The position numbers were made by a program, and so were the translations under genes. Shown piece after piece: positions 1-6,128 of a stretch of DNA of 11,345 bases (position 1 is its first letter; every line of letters begins with the position of its first letter). The notes under the pieces were generated by a model, which was not told the DNA's origin, did not search any database, and saw nothing but the letters and a program-made list of their open reading frames with translations. Location of the stretch: positions 1 through 11,345 of the forward strand of contig JAQBGU010000014.1 in the NCBI GenBank assembly GCA_032128375.1, read 5' to 3'. Origin of the DNA: Deltaproteobacteria bacterium. Its GTDB lineage: Bacteria > Myxococcota_A > UBA9160 > SMWR01.

Positions 1-43
1 CCGGCATCGTCCGGCCCCCGCCGTTTTCTGTCTGGGGGTTCCG

Positions 44-628
44 ATGGCGATTCAATCGAGTAGACGCGCTGGTTTCACAATCATCGAGCTGATGATCGTG
101 GTCGGAATCATTGGAGTCCTGGCGGCGATCGCGATCCCGAATTTCCTCACCTACCAGGCCCGAACGCGTCGCGGGGAGGCATTCACCAACCTGGCCGCCG
201 TCGCGCGATCGCAAACCTCCTTCGTGGCCGAAACGGGTGACTACTTCGAATCGGCCCCATTTCCCGATTTCACGCTCATTCCGGGCGGGTTGGGCACGAA
301 GAAGATGACCTGGGATGCCGCTTCGGATGCAGCGTACGCAGCCATCGGCTGGAAGCCCGAAGGTAGCGTCTTCTATTCGTACGAGAGCAATACCGGGGCT
401 ACGGCGTGTACCTGCACGCAGTGTTTTACGGTCGCAGCTTTTGGCGACGTCGACGGCGACGCCGCACCTTCGGCGATCATGTACGTGCACCCGTCGGTCG
501 ATGGAAACGGGGTCGTCACTGGCGAGTGCCCGGCTGGTTTGTTCGGTTTTGGCACGCCCGTCGGACCCGAGGATGGAAAGCCGATATACGACAGCGTCGC
601 CATACAACGAACGACGGACGAATTCTAG
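44..628 (+). CDS. pilA: Type IVa pilin (prepilin, 194 aa)
   Basis: Basic leader and class III signal peptide RRAG|FTIIELMIVVGIIGVLAAIAIPNF with Glu5 and Pro22; variable globular domain with 4 Cys; directly upstream of pilG/H/I/D-like genes. Major versus secondary pilin cannot be decided from this window. Confidence 0.93.
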   Translation: MAIQSSRRAGFTIIELMIVVGIIGVLAAIAIPNFLTYQARTRRGEAFTNLAAVARSQTSFVAETGDYFESAPFPDFTLIPGGLGTKKMTWDAASDAAYAAIGWKPEGSVFYSYESNTGATACTCTQCFTVAAFGDVDGDAAPSAIMYVHPSVDGNGVVTGECPAGLFGFGTPVGPEDGKPIYDSVAIQRTTDEF

Positions 629-659
629 TCGCACGTCATTGGGGCGCGTCGCTCGACGG

Positions 660-677
660 TCATTCCGGGGGGAATGA
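660..677 (+). promoter_or_regulatory. 7-bp hairpin between pilA and pilG overlapping the likely pilG ribosome-binding region
   Basis: TCATTCC-GGGG-GGAATGA perfect inverted repeat ending 7 nt before ATG 685; no U-tract follows. Confidence 0.45.
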
Positions 678-684
678 GATCACA

Positions 685-1614
685 ATGACGGCCAGTCGGC
701 AGAGATTGCGCACGCTCGCGATTCTGTCGTTCGCAATTGCAACGACTGGCGCTGCGCACAGCGCGATGGACTTTACGTCCCTACCCAAGGCAGAAGGAAT
801 CATCGTTCCCTCACCCCGGTTCGCGCGGCTGATGACACTCGGCTTCGACGCGGTCTTCGCCGACTACTACTGGATGCGTGCGGTGCAGGTCGCGGGCCGC
901 AACGACAATGACGAGGACGGTGAGACGACTGCGGGACTCCTCGAAGCCATTGTCGCGATCAATCCATGGGTCGACCATCCCTACCGCTTCGCTGCGGTGT
1001 GGCTCAACCAGAGCCCCTCGCTTGTGGAGCGAGCCAATCGGATGCTCGAAGTCGGGATCGCCCATCATCCGGTGGAATGGCGCAATCGTTACCACCTCGG
1101 TTTCAATCAGTTTTTCTACTTGGATCGACCGCTGTTGGCGGCGGATACACTCGAAACCGCCATCGGGCTCGACGGTACGCCCCGCTACCTGCCGCGCTTG
1201 GTGGCCCGGCTGCGCAGCTCGCAGGGAGGGCTCGCGGTCGCCGCCGCGTTCATCGACGAGTTGATCGAACAGGCCGATGACGAGTTTCAAAAAGCGGAGT
1301 ACGCGAAAGCGCTGGACGAGATCGAAATCGAGCGGCGCGCCCGCTTCCTCGATGCTGCGCGCGAAGAGTACTGGCGTCGCAACGGTCGGGACATCGAACG
1401 GGTGTCGGATTTGATCGCACCCCCGAGCCCCGTGCTCGAGCAGCTGCCGCGCGCCCAACTCTTCCTCGATGGGTTCGAGTGGACACTCGATGCGACGACG
1501 GGGCGGATCGTCTCGACTTTTTACAACTCCCGGTATGAACTTCACGTGGCGCATTCCGATCGCGAACGGCAGAAGCGTTGGGCAGAAATGACCAAGCTGC
1601 AGGAGGGGGTATGA
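685..1614 (+). CDS. pilG: Pilus-associated exported/membrane-anchored helical (TPR-like) protein, Myxococcus PilG / Geobacter XapA-like
   Basis: Start moved from 406 (which overlaps pilA) to ATG 685. Basic then hydrophobic N-terminus (RQRLRTLAILSFAIA), LGFDAVFADYYWMRAVQ motif, helical-repeat-like middle; lies between pilin and ABC genes as in the Myxococcus pilA-pilG-pilH-pilI-pilD order. The symbol rests mainly on synteny. Confidence 0.7.
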   Translation: MTASRQRLRTLAILSFAIATTGAAHSAMDFTSLPKAEGIIVPSPRFARLMTLGFDAVFADYYWMRAVQVAGRNDNDEDGETTAGLLEAIVAINPWVDHPYRFAAVWLNQSPSLVERANRMLEVGIAHHPVEWRNRYHLGFNQFFYLDRPLLAADTLETAIGLDGTPRYLPRLVARLRSSQGGLAVAAAFIDELIEQADDEFQKAEYAKALDEIEIERRARFLDAAREEYWRRNGRDIERVSDLIAPPSPVLEQLPRAQLFLDGFEWTLDATTGRIVSTFYNSRYELHVAHSDRERQKRWAEMTKLQEGV

Positions 1615-2567
1615 CGGCTTCCAATGACATCGTTCTCGTCGAAGACATCGTAAAAGATTTTCGGCCGGGCTTTGGGCTGCGGCGCAAACGGGTGCTGGAT
1701 GGGATCTCGTTTCGGGTCCGCGAACAGGAGATCTTCGGCTTCGTCGGCCCCAACGGAGCCGGCAAGACGACGACGCTCAAGGTGCTGATGGGACTGATTC
1801 ACGCGACTTCCGGCCGCACCTCGATCTTGGGTCACGCCGTGAATGAGACCGCCTTCCGCAGGCAGATCGGCTATCTGCCCGAGAATCCCTATTTCTACGA
1901 CTACTTGACGGGCCGGGAGATTCTCCACTTCTACGCAAAGTTGTCCGGCGTCGAGCGCAGCAAGCGTGCCGGACGGGTGACCGAGTTACTCGGGCTGGTC
2001 GGACTCGGCGACGCCGCCGATGCACGGCTGCGGACCTATTCAAAAGGGATGTTGCAGCGTATCGGGATCGCGCAGGCACTGGTACACGACCCCCAGGTGG
2101 TATTTCTCGACGAACCGATGAGCGGCCTCGACCCGGTGGGTCGGAAGGACGTCCGAGACTTGATTTTGAGACTGCGAGAGCAGGGCAAGACGGTTTTCAT
2201 GAATACCCACATTCTGTCCGACGTGGAAATGGTCTGCGATCGGGTGGCGATCATCGTGGCTGGACGAATCCGCTACGAGGGCGCCATCGACGAGTTTTTG
2301 CAGGCAGGCGAACCCGAGGTGGACCTGGTGCTGGCCAGGCTGCCGGCCGAAACAGCCATCGAGCTGGAACAGCGCTTCGGGGCAACCCTGCGCGGGCACG
2401 GCGAGCGGATCGAACTGCGTATCGGCGAGAAGGACGCCAATCCGGCCATGCGGATCGCGCTCGATGCGGGCGCAGAGGTGATCTCGTCGATTCCCCATCG
2501 CGTTTCGCTGGAGTCGATTTTCCTCACCGCCGTCAACGAAAGCAAGGTCGAGGAGGCAGCGGCGTGA
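1611..2567 (+). CDS. pilH: ABC transporter ATP-binding protein (ABC-2 type, PilH-like)
   Basis: Walker A GPNGAGKT, Q-loop region GYLPE, signature YSKGM, Walker B VFLDEP, H-loop NTH. AGGAGG at 1601-1606 and an ATGA overlap with the upstream stop support start 1611. pilH here means the Myxococcus ABC ATPase, not the Pseudomonas response regulator. Confidence 0.9.
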   Translation: MTASNDIVLVEDIVKDFRPGFGLRRKRVLDGISFRVREQEIFGFVGPNGAGKTTTLKVLMGLIHATSGRTSILGHAVNETAFRRQIGYLPENPYFYDYLTGREILHFYAKLSGVERSKRAGRVTELLGLVGLGDAADARLRTYSKGMLQRIGIAQALVHDPQVVFLDEPMSGLDPVGRKDVRDLILRLREQGKTVFMNTHILSDVEMVCDRVAIIVAGRIRYEGAIDEFLQAGEPEVDLVLARLPAETAIELEQRFGATLRGHGERIELRIGEKDANPAMRIALDAGAEVISSIPHRVSLESIFLTAVNESKVEEAAA

Positions 2568-3334
2568 TTCTGCGCATCTGGACGCTGGCTTCCAACACGC
2601 TGCGCGAGGCCATCCGAAGCAAGTTGTTGTATACGCTGCTCGGTTTTGCGATCGCGCTGATTCTGTTGGCGATCGCACTCTCCCAGCTCTCTTATGTCGA
2701 GCGCGATCGCATCCTGCAGAATTTTGGGTTCGCGTCGATGCGCTTGTTTTCGGTTGCGATCGCGATCTTCGTCGGCGTGAATCTCATCCACAAGGAGGTC
2801 GACCGACGCACCGTCTACACCATCTTGTCCAAGCCCCTGTCTCGTTCGGAATTTCTGCTCGGGAAGTACCTCGGGCTGCTGGCCACGATTTGGCTGCAGT
2901 TGGGCATCATGGTGGTGTTCTTCATCGGGACGTCGATGCTTGCGGGGGCCCCGCTCGACGGTTCGCATGCCGCGGTGATTGCGCTACTGGCCGTAGAACT
3001 CGCGCTCGTAGTAGCCATTGCGACGCTGTTTTCGGCCTTCACGACGCCCCTTTTGGCTTCGTTTTTCTCGGTCGGGGTCTGGGTTGTTGGAAACCTGACC
3101 CGCGACCTCAAGACGATGGGTACGCACGCGTCGGACACGAGTATCGGTTGGATCACGAACTGGCTGCATCGCTTGCTGCCTGATATGGCGAGTTTCGATC
3201 TGACTCTGGAATCAGCGCACGGGCTACCGATCAGTGCTTCCGACCTGTTCATCCCGACGATCTACGGGGTTGGCTACATCGCGGTCCTGCTCGTGGCCTC
3301 GATGATCATCTTCGAACGTCGCGACTTCCGCTAG
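2564..3334 (+). CDS. pilI: ABC-2 type transporter permease (PilI-like)
   Basis: About six hydrophobic segments; motifs NTLREAIRSK, KEVDRRTVYTILSKPLSRSEFLLGKYLG and C-terminal FERRDF; GTGA overlap with the ATPase stop. Confidence 0.88.
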   Translation: MILRIWTLASNTLREAIRSKLLYTLLGFAIALILLAIALSQLSYVERDRILQNFGFASMRLFSVAIAIFVGVNLIHKEVDRRTVYTILSKPLSRSEFLLGKYLGLLATIWLQLGIMVVFFIGTSMLAGAPLDGSHAAVIALLAVELALVVAIATLFSAFTTPLLASFFSVGVWVVGNLTRDLKTMGTHASDTSIGWITNWLHRLLPDMASFDLTLESAHGLPISASDLFIPTIYGVGYIAVLLVASMIIFERRDFR

Positions 3335-3353
3335 CGGTCCTACACTCCGAAAC

Positions 3354-4238
3354 ATGATCGAGCTGAGTTCTCTCCCGATCTCTTTCGTGGTAACCGCCGC
3401 GAGCGTTTTCGGTCTGGCCATCGGCTCGTTTTTGAATGTGGTCATCTACCGGCTGCCGCGTGGCGAATCGTTGTCGATTCCGGCGTCCCATTGCCCGGGT
3501 TGCCAAGTTCCGCTCGCGCCGTGGGACAACATTCCGGTTCTGTCGTTCCTGATCTTGCGGGGCCACTGCCGCCGCTGCCGGATCGCAATTTCGCCGCGCT
3601 ACCCGGCGATCGAATTGTTGACAGCAGTGACCTTCGGAGCCATTGCGTGGCAATACGGACCGATCGCGATGATGCCCGTGTTTTGCGTGTTTGGCGCCGC
3701 GTTGATCGCCGCGTCGACGATCGACATCGATCATCGGATTATCCCGGACGAGATCTCGGTTGGCGGCCTGGCCCTGGCACTGGTTGTCGTTCCGGCTGTC
3801 CGGGCGCTGTCCGGCGAACCGCTTGCGCGCGAGTTGTCGTTTTCAGTGGCAGGGGCGTTGCTGGGTGGCGGGTCGCTCTGGGTGTTGGGTTTCGCGCACG
3901 CGCGCATATCGACCTGGTCGGGCCGAACTTTTGCCCATTGGCCTGGCCCCGGTGAGGAGTTGCCAAAGCCGTCGAGCCTTGACTACTGGCTGTGGTTTCC
4001 CGGAATGGGCTTTGGTGACGTCAAGTTGCTTGCGATGATCGGAGCCGTACTCGGCCCGCTGGGTGTATTCGAAGCTCTGCTGGCTGCCTCGCTGGCCGGA
4101 CTCGCGCTCGGGCTTTCGTGGGCTGCGGCGACGCGAAGTTGGAAAGCGCCGTTCGGCTTCGGACCGGCCATCGCGGCCGGCGCGATGCTGGTCGTGCTGA
4201 CACCCGATGGGTGGTTGCCCTGGCTGATCGGACTCTGA
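3354..4238 (+). CDS. pilD: Prepilin peptidase / N-methyltransferase (peptidase A24)
   Basis: GSFLNVVIYRLP, zinc cysteines CPGC and CRRC, DNIPVLS, catalytic Asp motifs IDIDHRIIPD and GMGFGDVKL, C-terminal PFGFGPAI. Confidence 0.96.
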   Translation: MIELSSLPISFVVTAASVFGLAIGSFLNVVIYRLPRGESLSIPASHCPGCQVPLAPWDNIPVLSFLILRGHCRRCRIAISPRYPAIELLTAVTFGAIAWQYGPIAMMPVFCVFGAALIAASTIDIDHRIIPDEISVGGLALALVVVPAVRALSGEPLARELSFSVAGALLGGGSLWVLGFAHARISTWSGRTFAHWPGPGEELPKPSSLDYWLWFPGMGFGDVKLLAMIGAVLGPLGVFEALLAASLAGLALGLSWAAATRSWKAPFGFGPAIAAGAMLVVLTPDGWLPWLIGL

Positions 4239-4300
4239 TCCGGCCCTGGATCCGGCCCTGGATCCGGCCCTGGATTAGGCCCTGGATCAGACCCTGGATC
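4237..4300. repeat. 12-bp tandem repeat, 5 full copies plus a partial copy (consensus GATCCGGCCCTG)
   Basis: Units: 4237 GATCCGGCCCTG, 4249 GATCCGGCCCTG, 4261 GATCCGGCCCTG, 4273 GATTAGGCCCTG, 4285 GATCAGACCCTG, 4297 GATC; degenerate 11-nt unit GATCGGACTCT at 4226-4236. Confidence 0.95.
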
Positions 4301-4338
4301 GCGACTCTTGCTGACGACTCCCAGCGGCGGGCCGAAAA

Positions 4339-4412
4339 TGGATCCCCGGGGAGGATTTGAACCTCCATTGACAGGTTCAGAGCCTGCTGTCCTGCCATTA
4401 GACGACCGGGGA
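4339..4412 (-). tRNA. tRNA-Gln (anticodon CUG), 74 nt, encoded CCA
   Basis: Reverse complement TCCCCGG TC GTCT AATGGCA GGAC A GCAGG CT CTG AA CCTGT CAAT GGAGG TTCAAAT CCTCC CCGGGGA T CCA folds into a complete cloverleaf with U1-A72. Confidence 0.97.
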
Positions 4413-4447
4413 ATAACCGCTATCTGTACCCGACGTGGCGTCGATCA

Positions 4448-5872
4448 TCAAGCCGCAGGGATCAGGTCGAGTGCCGCAGCGATCCGCTCGATGCTTCTGG
4501 GCTGTCCCAAAACCGTCAGAGTCTCGAAAATCCCCGGAGAAACCGTCCCGCCGGTCAGCGCAACCCGTACCGGCTGGGCCAGCTGTCCCATCTTCAGGTC
4601 GTCGTGACCTGCCAGCACGGCTTCGAAACAGCTCTTCACAGATTCGTCGGACCATGTCGCGAGCTCCGCCAGCGCGTCGTGGAGGTCTCGTAGCGGGGCG
4701 CGAATTCCAGCGTTCAGTTGTTTCTTGACGGCCTCGTCTGCATATTCGATGACGTCGCTCGCGTACCAGCGGGACAACCGCGCCATTTCCACCAGCGTCC
4801 TGCTGCGTTCGCGTTGGAGTTCCACGAGTTGGCTGAGGCCGCTACTCGGTGAGACGGATTGGGATATCTCGAGCGAGAGAAACGGGATCAGCGCCTCGAC
4901 GAGTTCGGAATTCGGAAGTTCCTTGATGTAGTGCTGGTTGAGCCACAGCAGCTTGTCGGCGTCGGCCTGGGCGCTCGATCGGTTGACGGCTGCGAGATCG
5001 AAGCTCTGGCAGATCTGCTCGGAGCTGAAAATCTCCTGGTCGCCGCAGGACCAACCGATTCGGATCATCCAGTTGCGCAGAGCAGCCGCCAGAAAGCCCT
5101 GCTGTTGGAATTCCTGAATCGACACAGAATCACGTCGCTTGCTGAGTTTCTTGCCAGCGTCGCCGACGATCAACGGGACGTGCGCGAACCTGGGTGGTTC
5201 CGCGTCGAGGGCGCGGTACAGCGCGATCTGAAGCGGTGTATTGGGGTGGTGGTCGGCACCGCGGATGACGTGGGTAATTCCCATTTCCACGTCGTCGACG
5301 ACTACCGCGAGGTGATAGAGAGGCTGACCGTCGCTGCGCCGAATGATCCGGTCACCGATCTCGGACGCATCCTGGCCACTCGGTCCGAACACCAGATCGT
5401 CCCAGGCCAGCTCGCCGTGCGCTGGCAAACGTAAACGAACCGTGTGTGGCCCACAGTCCTCAGCCAGTTCGAGGTCTCGGCACCGACCGTCATAGGTCCA
5501 CTTGTTGCCGGCGGCAATCGTTTGCGTGCGGCGTTGCTCGAGTTCTTCTTTCGTGCACCGGCAGCGATAGGCTTGGCCCGTGGCCAGCAACCGTTCGACC
5601 GCGGCCAGGTGGCGATCGGAGCGCTCGCTCTGCCGTAGCGGCCCCTCATCCCAATCGATGCCGAGCCACTCGAGCCCTTCCAGCACCGCGCGCTCGGATT
5701 CTCGGGTCGACCGCTCCGCGTCGGTGTCCTCGATTCGGATGATGAGCTGCCCGCCGTGACGCCGGGCGTACGCCCAGTTGAACAGCGCTGTCCGTGCAGA
5801 CCCGAGGTGCAGGAATCCGGACGGACTGGGTGCGAAGCGCGTTCGCGGCGTGGACGGGTCGGGATGAGTCAA
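4448..5872 (-). CDS. gltX: Glutamyl-tRNA synthetase (474 aa)
   Basis: RTRFAPSPSGFLHLG (HIGH), RIEDTD, CRC...YDGRCR zinc region, VIRGADH, KKLSKR (KMSKS), C-terminal anticodon-binding domain VRVALTGGTVSPGIF. TTG start at 5872 chosen because AGGAGG (5884-5879) lies 6 nt upstream. Confidence 0.96.
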   Translation of the reverse strand: MTHPDPSTPRTRFAPSPSGFLHLGSARTALFNWAYARRHGGQLIIRIEDTDAERSTRESERAVLEGLEWLGIDWDEGPLRQSERSDRHLAAVERLLATGQAYRCRCTKEELEQRRTQTIAAGNKWTYDGRCRDLELAEDCGPHTVRLRLPAHGELAWDDLVFGPSGQDASEIGDRIIRRSDGQPLYHLAVVVDDVEMGITHVIRGADHHPNTPLQIALYRALDAEPPRFAHVPLIVGDAGKKLSKRRDSVSIQEFQQQGFLAAALRNWMIRIGWSCGDQEIFSSEQICQSFDLAAVNRSSAQADADKLLWLNQHYIKELPNSELVEALIPFLSLEISQSVSPSSGLSQLVELQRERSRTLVEMARLSRWYASDVIEYADEAVKKQLNAGIRAPLRDLHDALAELATWSDESVKSCFEAVLAGHDDLKMGQLAQPVRVALTGGTVSPGIFETLTVLGQPRSIERIAAALDLIPAA

Positions 5873-6128
5873 CTGGAGCCTCCTGATCGAGGCGGACGAG
5901 CATACCCGACGACCGCGGCTTGCTACGCAGCGCACTGTCTGCTATCAGGGACTATCGTTCTGGTGGCCATGTAAGCTACTGTTTTAGCTTAGCTATTTCT
6001 TTGTCCGGAAAGCTGAGTGCCAAGCGACCTCGCGTGTTTCCAAAATTCTCCTAAGATGAGGGAGAATTCACCCGGTACCTCATGTGCGGGCGACGGGAAC
6101 TGGCTTTCGGGCCAGCCGGAGCGAAGTG
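5873..6128. promoter_or_regulatory. Divergent promoter region gltX / yceD-rpmF-fab with two inverted repeats
   Basis: Non-coding, locally AT-richer stretch between divergent genes. Inverted repeats TAAGCTA-N6-TAGCTTA (5972-5991) and AATTCTCC-N9-GGAGAATT (6044-6068); -10-like TAAGAT at 6052-6057. Exact promoters not determined. Confidence 0.6.

Noticed and set aside
1..20. Possible sigma-54 promoter (CGGCA...GC) upstream of pilA, expected for PilR-controlled pilins
   Set aside because: GG (3-4) to GC (14-15) spacing is 9 rather than 10 nt and there is no TTGC; the real promoter is probably upstream of the window.
406..684. N-terminal extension of the 402-aa ORF (Arg-rich, poly-R)
   Set aside because: Overlaps pilA in another frame; ATG 685 gives a sensible signal-like N-terminus.
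4237..4300. CRISPR array or REP/MITE interpretation of the repeat
   Set aside because: Units are 12 bp, directly abutting, with no spacers, terminal inverted repeats or cas/transposase genes.
4300..4412. Genomic island or prophage integrated at the tRNA
   Set aside because: No integrase, no long duplicated tRNA 3' end (only a 7-nt echo), and the flanks are ordinary chromosomal genes of similar composition.
5873..5935. Longer gltX start at 5935
   Set aside because: The extension is non-homologous-looking, and a strong AGGAGG sits 6 nt before TTG 5872.
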